A stretch of 64,000 bases of DNA from Nitrospirota bacterium (GTDB lineage: Bacteria; Nitrospirota; Thermodesulfovibrionia; Thermodesulfovibrionales; Dissulfurispiraceae). This document shows, piece by piece, positions 1 through 9,013 of the stretch. The stretch lies in NCBI GenBank assembly GCA_963710375.1, contig CAVPZX010000004.1, forward strand, positions 128,001 through 192,000, in the 5' to 3' direction. Made by a program: the position numbers and the translations under genes. The notes under the pieces were generated by a model, which was not told the origin of the DNA, searched no databases, and worked only from the letters and a program-made list of their open reading frames with translations. The stretch's first letter is position 1. Each line of letters begins with the position of its first letter.

Positions 1-1191
1 CCTGCCGGTATATACAGGGATGGCAAACTTCAGCAGTGCGGTATAGATCAGCGCTCCCGTTGCCCATATTCCCATAGCTACCAGTATCTCATGCCTTGTT
101 GGCGCGTATTCATAAATTTCCCCTAAGGTATCCGGAACGAATCCCGGGACTACAAGCCCCATGCCCTTTTCTATATATACGCCGATTATTATAAAAATGC
201 AGCTAACGTTAAGCGTCAGAAAGTTTTCACGTGTCCTGGGAAAAAGGAACATGAAGAATGCAGAGATATTCAGAGCAGTCGCAAACCATATCCACGGGAC
301 AAGAGCTGCCTTTCCGTGGAGCCCCAAATAGAGATACCGGATGGAATAGGTATCTATACTGCCTGAATAAAACTCCTTGAATACTTCTGCGCCGAGAAAG
401 AACAGGTTAAGACCCATTGCATAAGCCACCAACTCGGCAATCTTGAAAAGGGCACGGTTTTCTATCTCGACATCAGGGAACTTCCTGATAATCTGAAAAA
501 GAATAATCATGAGGCAAGGGCCCGAACAGAATGCAGAAGCAAGGAACCGTGGCGCAAGAATTGAAGCATTCCAAAAAGGCCTTGCAGACAGGCCGTTATA
601 GAGGAATGCCGTTACCGTATGGATGCTCACCGCCCACGGAATAGAGAGCAGAATTAATGGCCCGATAACAGACATTTTGTATTCTTTCCCTATGGAGAGC
701 CTGTAGAGGACATAAAATGCAATAATAGTGTTGATGGCAAGATAGCCGTTCAATACCACGACATCCCAGGCCAGTAGGGATGCCGGGAAATGCATCTTAC
801 CGATTATCGGCAATATGTGCCAAGCCCTGAGAGGCTGTCCCATATCCGCCATGATAAAAAGTAAGCACATGGTAATAGCAGTTATCGCGAGCAGTTCTCC
901 GAACAGTACAATTTCCTTGATCGGTTTGAAGTGGTACAAATAAGCAGGGACAACAAGCAAGACCGCTGCTGCCGCAACCCCTACGAGGTATGTAAAATTC
1001 GAGATGTAAAATCCCCATGAGACCTGGTCTCTCATGGCTGTTGTTATAAGTCCCCTATTGAATTGATCAACGTATGCGCTTGCTCCAAGGAGAACCAGAA
1101 AAAGCAGGAATCCGACCCAGCAGTAATACTTTTTACTTCCTATAAAAACTTCTCTCAGGGCGGTGAAAAAATTTTTTATAAGATAGGTCAT
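1..1191 (-). CDS. NrfD/PsrC/DsrP-family membrane subunit (3' end runs off window)
   Basis: Absent from ORF track. Manual translation MTYLIKNFF...GLITTAMRDQVSWGFYISNFTYLVGVAAAAV...GELLAITAITMCLLFIMADMGQP...KFAIPVYTGR resembles DsrP/NrfD; GGAG RBS upstream; follows a 4Fe-4S subunit. Confidence 0.85.
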   Translation of the reverse strand, partial: MTYLIKNFFTALREVFIGSKKYYCWVGFLLFLVLLGASAYVDQFNRGLITTAMRDQVSWGFYISNFTYLVGVAAAAVLLVVPAYLYHFKPIKEIVLFGELLAITAITMCLLFIMADMGQPLRAWHILPIIGKMHFPASLLAWDVVVLNGYLAINTIIAFYVLYRLSIGKEYKMSVIGPLILLSIPWAVSIHTVTAFLYNGLSARPFWNASILAPRFLASAFCSGPCLMIILFQIIRKFPDVEIENRALFKIAELVAYAMGLNLFFLGAEVFKEFYSGSIDTYSIRYLYLGLHGKAALVPWIWFATALNISAFFMFLFPRTRENFLTLNVSCIFIIIGVYIEKGMGLVVPGFVPDTLGEIYEYAPTRHEILVAMGIWATGALIYTALLKFAIPVYTGR

Positions 1192-1204
1192 AGCGCCATG
1201 TCTC

Positions 1205-2131
1205 CTACACTCCGTATGCAAAAAAGTAGTAAAACTTGGGGTTTGTGTTCAGATCCTCTTTGAGTCTGAACACCCTCTTGTGTTCAATGGCATACCTGAT
1301 TTCGCTGTCCGGATCGAGAAGATTCCCGAACTTCCGCGCACCCACGGGGCATGCCTCTACGCAAGCAGGATATCGGCCATTCCTAGTACGCTGAATACAG
1401 AAGGTGCATTTCTCCACGACTCCTTTATAGCGCGGCCGGTTTCCGAGATAGTGCGTCTTCGGATTTATCGTTTCAGGCTTTCTGTTCGGCTCTGCCCAGT
1501 TGAAATGTCTCGCCCCATAAGGGCAGGCCGCCATGCAATACCTGCAACCTATACACCAGTTATAATCTACCACCACAATGCCATCGGGCTCCTTCCATGT
1601 GGCCTGTGTAGGGCACGACCTAACACAGGGAGGATCCTCGCATTGCTGACACTGCACAGGCATATAAAAATATTCCGGTTCGGGGACCAGCGGAGGATTG
1701 TAGTACTTCTCTGATTCCTCGAGATCTACCCATTTTTCACCTTTTTTAAACCGAAGCACTGTTATCCAGTGTATCTGGGGATCTATAGACTGATTATTTT
1801 CGTCAACACATGCGTATTCACATCTTCTGCATCCAATGCACCGTGACAGATCAAGGCCATACCCGAATAAAACCCCCGGCATAGGGTTTTCAATGCCGAC
1901 TTTGATCTCTTTTTTATATTTCTGCTCATATTCTTTTTCCAGGCGCTGAATCACTTTCTTCTTCTCGGCATCATTCATTTCTATAAAGTGCTTCTGGAAA
2001 AACACCTCCCAGAAAGAGGCATCGGCTTTATTGAGAGGAAGCATAGTGCCGGCGATTCCGGCAGCAGCCCCTTTCAAAAAGGTCCTCCGGTTTATATTCA
2101 TTTCTCTTTTCTTTCCTCTTATTTTTTTCAT
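1205..2131 (-). CDS. Tat-exported 4Fe-4S dicluster protein (NrfC/DsrO/TtrB-like); alternative start 2101
   Basis: NRRTFLK twin-arginine signal; CIGCRRCEYAC, CQQCEDPPCVRSCP, CIGCRYCMAACP, KCTFC...PACVEACP motifs. Confidence 0.9.
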   Translation of the reverse strand: MKKIRGKKREMNINRRTFLKGAAAGIAGTMLPLNKADASFWEVFFQKHFIEMNDAEKKKVIQRLEKEYEQKYKKEIKVGIENPMPGVLFGYGLDLSRCIGCRRCEYACVDENNQSIDPQIHWITVLRFKKGEKWVDLEESEKYYNPPLVPEPEYFYMPVQCQQCEDPPCVRSCPTQATWKEPDGIVVVDYNWCIGCRYCMAACPYGARHFNWAEPNRKPETINPKTHYLGNRPRYKGVVEKCTFCIQRTRNGRYPACVEACPVGARKFGNLLDPDSEIRYAIEHKRVFRLKEDLNTNPKFYYFFAYGV

Positions 2132-2150
2132 AGGCGCCCCATTAATCTCT

Positions 2151-2666
2151 CTATCTTATGTCCGCCGGCCTTACCGGAGGCGGTAAGGGTTTGATAGGTT
2201 TAAACCGCGGTTCATGCGGCCAATGGCAGTGGACGCATAATCTGTACTGTTTCTCTCCATTCCACATCCCTGTTCTCTTTCCGTGCAGTCCTGCCTTCCA
2301 ATCGCGCAGTATTGTACCGTGGCATTGGCCGCAAAGGATGTAAGATTCATCAAAACTTACCAATTTGCCGTTTGCAAGCCTTAACTTATCCCTGTTATCA
2401 GGATTATGACAGTCAAAGCACCATCCACCAGGCATATGTTTCAGCACAATGTCCTGGTGCATTTCGAGTTTCCTCGGCGTCCTGTTGGCAGGCATATCCT
2501 TGTGACATTGTGAGCACGGGAATATCCCCGGCGAAAAAGGCGGAGGAGGCACCAGGAACTTTTTTGGGATATCCTGTTCAGAGGACTGAACAAAAGAAGG
2601 ATGGAAAAGGATTAAAAGGAACAGACCTGCCAGGGAAATTAAAACTCTCTTTTTGTGTTTTTCCAT
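2151..2666 (-). CDS. Periplasmic tetraheme c-type cytochrome
   Basis: Signal peptide; 4 CxxCH (CSQCH, CFDCH, CGQCH, CVHCH). Confidence 0.88.
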   Translation of the reverse strand: MEKHKKRVLISLAGLFLLILFHPSFVQSSEQDIPKKFLVPPPPFSPGIFPCSQCHKDMPANRTPRKLEMHQDIVLKHMPGGWCFDCHNPDNRDKLRLANGKLVSFDESYILCGQCHGTILRDWKAGLHGKRTGMWNGEKQYRLCVHCHWPHEPRFKPIKPLPPPVRPADIR

Positions 2667-2727
2667 CCTCAGCCTTTAAGCACGACTTTGATTATAATAA
2701 ACTATGCGTCAAAGACATATCAAGCAT

Positions 2728-3981
2728 TCAATGCGATTCCTTGTAACCGAAGATGGGGAATATATGACTCAATAACCAGAAAATCACAAAGGGCGTAATA
2801 GCGACGCTGATAGCTCCGAAAAGGCCTTCCTTAAAGGTCTCCCAACTGTGCGGCATTATCGGCATTTCGTAATGCATGAATCCCATAAAAGTCAAAGAGA
2901 ATGCCTGCCCTCCAATGACAACATTATACCTCATCATGAATACTCCGAAGAGCACCAGCATTACACTGAGCACCGTTCTTCTGAGCGTCAGTCTTGGCAG
3001 CAGTAAGAGAATAAACGGCACAAGGTTCCCGAGCCCGTACTGCAGAATGAATATATTAGTAAAGTCCTTTCCATAAATAACGGTCCTTAGTACATCCCAT
3101 GATTTGACAGCGGTATATCCCCTGAAGATAAGGTCCAGCAGTTCAAGCGTTATGGCCAATATCAGGAAAAGCAGCAGGTATTTCGCGGTCATCTGTATCA
3201 CGTGTATCTCGACGCTCTTTATCTCCTCCCTGGTCTGATACACCGGAAGTGTGGACTTCTTGCGCGACACAAACAGTTTTCTCAGTTCCATTGTCACTAT
3301 ATAGGTGAGCATGCAAAGCGCAATCCCCGACACAATGGCAGACATGATGAATATGACAGGCATGAGCGGCGTCATCCACAGAGCGTTTGCTTTAACAGAG
3401 CCGAAAATGAATCCGGCATACCCATGAAGGAAACAGGCAACGGGAATGCCTGTAGATGCAAGCACCTTAATGGCTTTTTCATCCTTTTTCAGGGACTCTT
3501 CGCTTATATCGTGTACTCCCAGGGTCAGTGTCCGGAATATTAAATACATGAGCCATTCATACTTGCTCTTATTCTGTTTCCCCCTTAGGGCCATGGACGA
3601 CTCTACAAAATGCTTCCTGTATAAAAACCATAGCTCCGATGCAACGATGGACCCGTAAGTCATGAACACAATACCGAAAGCGGCAATTGCTGAAGTAAAA
3701 TGCGGGGTCATCATGACATTAATGCCCCGCAGCGGCTGCTGGAGATGCAAAAGAAGCGGCATCATCGCCACAGGAAGAAGGGCAAAGGAAAAAACGAGCG
3801 CAAACCTGGCGATGTCCTTTAATTGTTTTACCCCGAAGACATGGTAGAGCGACGAAAGGACAAAGGCCCCGGCAACGAGCCCTGTCATAAAGGGATACAT
3901 AACGATCTGAATGCTCCAATAAATATACTCATTCGGAAGGCAAAACAACTCTTTTAATGTCCAGGCTTCTCCGTGTACCAT
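2728..3981 (-). CDS. NrfD/PsrC-family polytopic membrane quinol-oxidoreductase subunit (CbcU-like)
   Basis: WSIQIVMYPFMTGLVAGAF, LHLQQPLR, TPHFTS, LHGYAGFIF, MRYNVVIGGQ; many TM helices. Confidence 0.88.
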   Translation of the reverse strand: MVHGEAWTLKELFCLPNEYIYWSIQIVMYPFMTGLVAGAFVLSSLYHVFGVKQLKDIARFALVFSFALLPVAMMPLLLHLQQPLRGINVMMTPHFTSAIAAFGIVFMTYGSIVASELWFLYRKHFVESSMALRGKQNKSKYEWLMYLIFRTLTLGVHDISEESLKKDEKAIKVLASTGIPVACFLHGYAGFIFGSVKANALWMTPLMPVIFIMSAIVSGIALCMLTYIVTMELRKLFVSRKKSTLPVYQTREEIKSVEIHVIQMTAKYLLLFLILAITLELLDLIFRGYTAVKSWDVLRTVIYGKDFTNIFILQYGLGNLVPFILLLLPRLTLRRTVLSVMLVLFGVFMMRYNVVIGGQAFSLTFMGFMHYEMPIMPHSWETFKEGLFGAISVAITPFVIFWLLSHIFPIFGYKESH

Positions 3982-3983
3982 GG

Positions 3984-4769
3984 TTATCTTACCTCCTCAT
4001 CCAGACCTATGTAATAGACCTGAGGTTTAGTTCCGTATTCGCTCTTCAGTATGCTGACCCTCTCAGTCGAGATTATTCTTGCAACGGGGTCATTGGGGTC
4101 GAGGATGTTTCCGATCATCCTGGCCCCGAAAGGACATGCCTGCACGCATGCGGTTTTCAATCCCTTTGTTATCCTGTGATAGCAGAAATTGCATTTCTCG
4201 GCAGTATGGTATACAGGGTGGAAAAACCTGACCCCATACGGGCATGCCATAATACAGTAGCCGCAGCCTATACACCATGTCCTGTCCACCAGAACGACAC
4301 CGTCAGGTGCCTGATATGTGGCCCCTACCGGGCATACCTGAACGCAGGGCGGGTTTTCACACTGGTTGCAGAGTTTGGGTACAAAGTATGCTTTCTTTAT
4401 GTCCTCATTCTTGATGTCCTTATAGTTGCCTAATCCGAGATCGATCTTATTTGTTTCAAAACCGTCCCGTGCTCCTTTGGGACTATCGGCGAATATCTTG
4501 CCATCCTTTGTAAGAATATATCTTTCAACCCAGGTCCTCGTTACATTGGCATCATATGGGATCTCATTTTCAGTTTTGCACGCCTTCACACATAATCCGC
4601 AGCCGACACATTTGTATGTATCAACGACGAACACCCAGCGTACTTTACCCGGGGCTGATATATCCGCAAGGAGTTTTTTGGGATTTAATATTTCGAAAGC
4701 CGCTAGAGGCAAAGCCAGTCCTGCGGCCCCTTTTATTGCATATTTCAGAAGATCTCTTCTCGTTATCAC
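3984..4769 (-). CDS. Tat-exported 4Fe-4S dicluster protein (NrfC/TtrB/CbcT-like)
   Basis: GTG start after AGGAGG; TRRDLLK Tat motif; four Cys clusters (CVGCGLCVKAC, CNQCENPPCVQVCP, CIGCGYCIMACP, KCNFC..ACVQACP). Confidence 0.9.
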   Translation of the reverse strand: MITRRDLLKYAIKGAAGLALPLAAFEILNPKKLLADISAPGKVRWVFVVDTYKCVGCGLCVKACKTENEIPYDANVTRTWVERYILTKDGKIFADSPKGARDGFETNKIDLGLGNYKDIKNEDIKKAYFVPKLCNQCENPPCVQVCPVGATYQAPDGVVLVDRTWCIGCGYCIMACPYGVRFFHPVYHTAEKCNFCYHRITKGLKTACVQACPFGARMIGNILDPNDPVARIISTERVSILKSEYGTKPQVYYIGLDEEVR

Positions 4770-4779
4770 TTCAATCCTC

Positions 4780-5250
4780 CTATTGAATACTGAGATTGGG
4801 TTTATGAGGGTTATGACACGTAGAGCATTCAAAGTCTCTGTTATGGGTGTCAGGGTCTATCCCCTTAATGTTCGCCCTCCCGCTTGTCGGATAAGGCAGG
4901 GGGTAATGACACCTGAGGCATAGAGCCCGGCTCCGGTCAATTACCAATTTTGGAGGATTAGCCGGATGATCGATAGCCGGACCGTGGCAGTTCTCACACT
5001 GGATGATTGCATGCGGCGATTTCATTATGCTTTCAAACTTATCGGCATGACAGTCTTTGCAGTAATCCCGTCCCTGGTATTTGACCTGAACTTTTTTCCA
5101 GTCCTCTATGTTGCCTTCTCTGTACCAGCCGTACATATAACCCCTTTCATGAATGCCAAAATCATGCGGGACATATAAGCTTCTTGTAATCAGGATTAGT
5201 ATGACAATCCCGATGACAACAAAAAGCGGCCTCCAGACATGGTTTCCCAT
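4780..5250 (-). CDS. Membrane-anchored tetraheme c-type cytochrome (CbcS-like)
   Basis: N-terminal TM helix; 4 CxxCH (CKDCH, CENCH, CLRCH, CSTCH); GGAGG RBS. Confidence 0.88.
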   Translation of the reverse strand: MGNHVWRPLFVVIGIVILILITRSLYVPHDFGIHERGYMYGWYREGNIEDWKKVQVKYQGRDYCKDCHADKFESIMKSPHAIIQCENCHGPAIDHPANPPKLVIDRSRALCLRCHYPLPYPTSGRANIKGIDPDTHNRDFECSTCHNPHKPNLSIQ

Positions 5251-5276
5251 ATAATTACCTCCAGAACAAAAAATAC

Positions 5277-5310
5277 AGGAAGTAAAAAAGGATACCCTTT
5301 TTTACTTCCT
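5277..5310 (-). terminator. Stem-loop between 11-heme cytochrome and downstream triad
   Basis: AGGAAGTAAAAAAGG-atac-CCTTTTTTACTTCCT perfect 15-bp inverted repeat. Confidence 0.55.
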
Positions 5311-5340
5311 TTTCTATTATAACATGTTGTCTTGTGCCTA

Positions 5341-6363
5341 TTAAGGTCCTATAAATTTACTCGGGTCCCTGTACTCATGGCATTTTGTGCAGGTCGTTTT
5401 CGCCTGGGCCGGCGTTATATGCCATATATGAGGTTTATGGCAGTCCATGCATTTCATATTCATAGTTTTGATATGCAATGAATGTTTCCCTACGCCCGGC
5501 TCGACTTTATGGCACGCCAGGCAATCGCCCATATCAGGCTTGACCTTTGCGTGAGGCTTATGGCACACATAGCAGTAGAACTGCATCGGCGCATCTGCCG
5601 GGACATTGATCTTGACCGCTCTGTTAATAAGGGCTGGACTAGGCTTGAAATATTTTACGTCAATGCTGCCGGCAGCGATAAGCTCCTTCCTGACCTGTTC
5701 ACCGCCGTGGCAAAAGAGACATTTGTTCCTGCTTGGCTTCAGGTCCACAGTGCGGTCTGTATGACAGTTTATGCAGGCGAGTGCTTCCATGCCTGTCCCA
5801 TGGACCTGTCTGTCCTTATGGCATCTAAGACAGAAGCGTTGTTCGGGAACAAATTGATGGGTGACAAAGCCGTGACATTTCACGCATTCTATCTGTTCAA
5901 GGAAAAAATGTTTTGCGTGAAACCTGGACTTGTTTACAAGCGGCGCATTGGGAAATTTCGGGTTTCTTTCCCAGTGGCATTTCTCACAGACCTTCCATGC
6001 AACGATTATTGCGCCATGCCTCGGCGAAACAGTCCTGTCCCCGAGTACTGCGAATCTGTAAAGCTGGAGGATCTGGTCTTTCTTTGTTGTAAGGTGGCAT
6101 TGGTGGCAGCCCACTCTGTTATGTACGCTCGTAGCCCATGCCTTGTTGGCAGCATCGTGCACATGGCACATCATGCAGGAACTGGGATCATTCTCAAAAT
6201 ACTCATTTATCTCATACCCGGTAAGTCCTATAGCGACAATAAACATGAATGCGATTATCACGAGAATCATCCTGGTTTTGGGTGAAATACCCTCGGTAAA
6301 CCATGTGATAACTTTTTCCATCAAGCTAAACGGATTAAGCATCTTAAAAATCTTAAACATCAA
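5341..6363 (-). CDS. Membrane-anchored 11-heme c-type cytochrome (NapC/NirT-like N-terminus)
   Basis: One TM helix, then 11 CxxCH motifs counted in the translation. Confidence 0.88.
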   Translation of the reverse strand: MMFKIFKMLNPFSLMEKVITWFTEGISPKTRMILVIIAFMFIVAIGLTGYEINEYFENDPSSCMMCHVHDAANKAWATSVHNRVGCHQCHLTTKKDQILQLYRFAVLGDRTVSPRHGAIIVAWKVCEKCHWERNPKFPNAPLVNKSRFHAKHFFLEQIECVKCHGFVTHQFVPEQRFCLRCHKDRQVHGTGMEALACINCHTDRTVDLKPSRNKCLFCHGGEQVRKELIAAGSIDVKYFKPSPALINRAVKINVPADAPMQFYCYVCHKPHAKVKPDMGDCLACHKVEPGVGKHSLHIKTMNMKCMDCHKPHIWHITPAQAKTTCTKCHEYRDPSKFIGP

Positions 6364-6418
6364 AAAGTCCCCCTTTATTAATCAAAAATAATATTTGGAA
6401 ATCGTCTTAATGTTTTGG

Positions 6419-7708
6419 TCAATTCCTAAGGGTTGAAAGCACCTTGTACGCTGCACTGATAGTCTTTTCTATATCGGCATTTGTGTGTGCGAGGGAAATG
6501 AATCCGGCTTCGAACTGTGAAGGAGCCAGATTTATTCCACGATCCAACATGCCTCTGAAGAACCTTGAAAACTTTTCCGTGTCGGATGTCTTTGCAGTAT
6601 TGTAATCAACGATGTCCGTATCTGTAAAGTATGTACAGAACATGGCGCCGGCCCTGTAAAATTTTGTCCTGGCACCGGCTCTCTTTGCAGCGTTGCGCAA
6701 ACCCTCTCCAAGGAGACGCATTTTCCCATCAAGTTTTTTATATATATCTTTACCCGAGAGTATTTTCAATGTCTCTATGCCTGCTGTCATTGCAATGGGG
6801 TTCCCGGACAGCGTGCCTGCCTGGTAAACAGGACCGTCAGGAGAGATTGTGGACATGATCTCTTTTCTTCCTCCATAAGCGCCAACAGGCAACCCTCCGC
6901 CGATGACCTTCCCAAGGCATGTCATATCGGGCTTAATCCCGTAATATGCCTGGGCGCCGCCGTATGACACCCTGAATCCTGTCATCACCTCATCGAATAT
7001 GAGAACGGTACCGTATTTTTTGGTTTCTTTCCTCAAGGTTTCCAGGAAACCCGACACCGGCAGTACACAGCCTATGTTCCCGACCACAGGCTCTACAATA
7101 ACGCCGGCAATGGATTTCCATTCCCTGCTCATCATATCCTTGAAGGCTTTTATATTATTAAAGGGAAGGGTTATGGTGTTTTTTGCATATGACTTGGGAA
7201 CTCCCGAGCTGTCCGGGATGCCGAATGTCGCAGCGCCAGAGCCTGCCTTAACAAGAAGGCCGTCGGCGTGACCGTGATAGCAGCCTTCGAATTTTACGAT
7301 CTTGTCTCTTCCGGTAAATCCCCTTGCCGCTCTTATTGCGCTCATGGTCGCCTCGGTGCCGGAATTGACCATCCTCACTTTCTCAATGGACGGATATGCC
7401 TTAATCACCATCTGAGCAAGTTCGACTTCAAGCGAGGTGGGAGCACCGAAACTGGTGCCGTTGTCAATGGCAGATTTTAAAGCCTTCACAACGGACGGAT
7501 GGGAATGTCCCAGTATCATCGGCCCCCAGGAAAGGACATAGTCTATATATTCATTGCCGTCAACATCATAAATCCTGGAGCCTTTTGCATTCCTGATAAA
7601 TAGCGGCGAACCGCCAACTGCTTTAAAAGCCCTGACAGGACTATTGACTCCTCCAGGCATAAGACCGAGAGCCTTTTTATATAAATCCCTGGATTTTCTT
7701 CTATCCAA
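6419..7708 (-). CDS. hemL: Glutamate-1-semialdehyde 2,1-aminomutase
   Basis: [58 protein letters not shown]. Confidence 0.97.
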   Translation of the reverse strand: MDRRKSRDLYKKALGLMPGGVNSPVRAFKAVGGSPLFIRNAKGSRIYDVDGNEYIDYVLSWGPMILGHSHPSVVKALKSAIDNGTSFGAPTSLEVELAQMVIKAYPSIEKVRMVNSGTEATMSAIRAARGFTGRDKIVKFEGCYHGHADGLLVKAGSGAATFGIPDSSGVPKSYAKNTITLPFNNIKAFKDMMSREWKSIAGVIVEPVVGNIGCVLPVSGFLETLRKETKKYGTVLIFDEVMTGFRVSYGGAQAYYGIKPDMTCLGKVIGGGLPVGAYGGRKEIMSTISPDGPVYQAGTLSGNPIAMTAGIETLKILSGKDIYKKLDGKMRLLGEGLRNAAKRAGARTKFYRAGAMFCTYFTDTDIVDYNTAKTSDTEKFSRFFRGMLDRGINLAPSQFEAGFISLAHTNADIEKTISAAYKVLSTLRN

Positions 7709-7921
7709 ATCGTCCCCTGATAGTCTTGAAATAATTCTAAAAATTTATCATAAAAGCCACCATATTGTCAAAGTTTATAATAGCGGTTATAAATTTTAGT
7801 AATACCCACTACCCAGCAACCATATGGAAGGGATCGGTCTTTTTTCCTGAATAAGTCTTGTTGACAAGAGCGGGTTGGAATGATTAAAGTGATTTTTTAA
7901 AAAAATTCACCAGGGGAACAT

Positions 7922-8701
7922 GTGGAGAAACTGCCATTTCATAACGGCGCCTATATCACTGATCCATCAAAAGCCTCTTTATTTGCGAAGAGAATGCCTT
8001 CATTCGGATTTTACCGGAGGATGGCGGCCATAGTGTTCAGGGCGAGTTCCATGGCAAAACGCGGACTATACGGTGACAAGGAATGGTCAGATAGCAGCCT
8101 GGCTATCATGAAAGCCCTGGAACATGTCGGCGTTGTATTCGAAGTCACCGGGGCCGACCATTTTATAAATCTTGAAGTACCCTGTGTTTTTATCGGCAAC
8201 CATATGAGCACACTTGAAACATTCGTATTGCCCTGTATAATTGAGCCTTTTAAGGATGTCACCTTTGTTGTAAAACAAAGCCTCATCGATTACCCTGTTT
8301 TCAGACACGTAATGCGCTCAAGGGACCCTATTGTTGTCAGCCGTACAAACCCTCGCGATGATTTAAAGGCGGTACTGGAAGGAGGCACTGAGAGACTGAA
8401 TGCGGGAAGGTCAATCATTATTTTCCCCCAGACGACACGGACGCCTGCTTTTGATCCGGCAGACTTCAACACTATAGGGATCAAGCTTGCAAAGAAAGCA
8501 GGGACGCCGGTAATTCCTATTGCTCTGAAAACCTATGCATGGGGCAACGGAAAGCATCTCAAGGATTTCGGAAGAATTGACCCTTCCCCAAAAGTCTGTT
8601 TTGCGTTCGGTGAGCCGCTGGCCATCACGGGGAACGGGGCAGCGGAGCACAAGAAAATTGTAGAATTCATAAGCAACGCGCTGAAAGCCTGGGGTCCGTA
8701 A
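7922..8701 (+). CDS. Lysophospholipid/1-acylglycerol-3-phosphate acyltransferase family
   Basis: NHMSTLE (NHxxxxD-like), FVVK, IIFPQTTR blocks. Confidence 0.85.
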   Translation: MEKLPFHNGAYITDPSKASLFAKRMPSFGFYRRMAAIVFRASSMAKRGLYGDKEWSDSSLAIMKALEHVGVVFEVTGADHFINLEVPCVFIGNHMSTLETFVLPCIIEPFKDVTFVVKQSLIDYPVFRHVMRSRDPIVVSRTNPRDDLKAVLEGGTERLNAGRSIIIFPQTTRTPAFDPADFNTIGIKLAKKAGTPVIPIALKTYAWGNGKHLKDFGRIDPSPKVCFAFGEPLAITGNGAAEHKKIVEFISNALKAWGP

Positions 8702-8919
8702 ATTTATGCAAGGAGCAGTCAGGCCACAGTGTTTCACTCAACTGCCCCCCCAAAGGTCTTTGACCTTTCGGGGACCCCGTCTTCTCGCAAGGCATCCAGC
8801 CTTGCTCCGAGGCTATGACAGCCTGTGTCACCATCCTTGGTGTCACTTAGGCTGTCAAAGTCCGCTCAGCACCATGTCCCGCCTGCTCCTTGCATAAATT
8901 TATGAATAATGTGGGTTAG
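8699..8919. mobile_element. MITE-like non-coding element, family A, copy 1
   Basis: 20-bp perfect IR 8699-8718/8883-8902; near-identical inverted copy at 53923-54105. Confidence 0.8.
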
Positions 8920-9013
8920 TTGTTTATGTCTTTTTTAATATGAATGTCATCATTTTGTAACAATCTGTGGGTAATAATCTTTTACTACTAAATGCCGTAA
9001 TGGGGGAACAAAG

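Noticed and set aside
1..2131. dsrOP as proof of sulfate reduction
   Set aside because: No dsrMKJ upstream; NrfC/NrfD paralogues serve many pathways.
5482..6285. Long antisense ORFs (also 14356-15048, 18117-18938, 25526-26227, 52909-53718, 57378-58094, 63140-63739)
   Set aside because: Shadows of well-supported genes on the opposite strand, with no recognisable motifs.
8706..8897. 63-aa ORF (and 14991-15221, 29023 N-terminal extension)
   Set aside because: They lie within palindromic repeat elements and are likely spurious.
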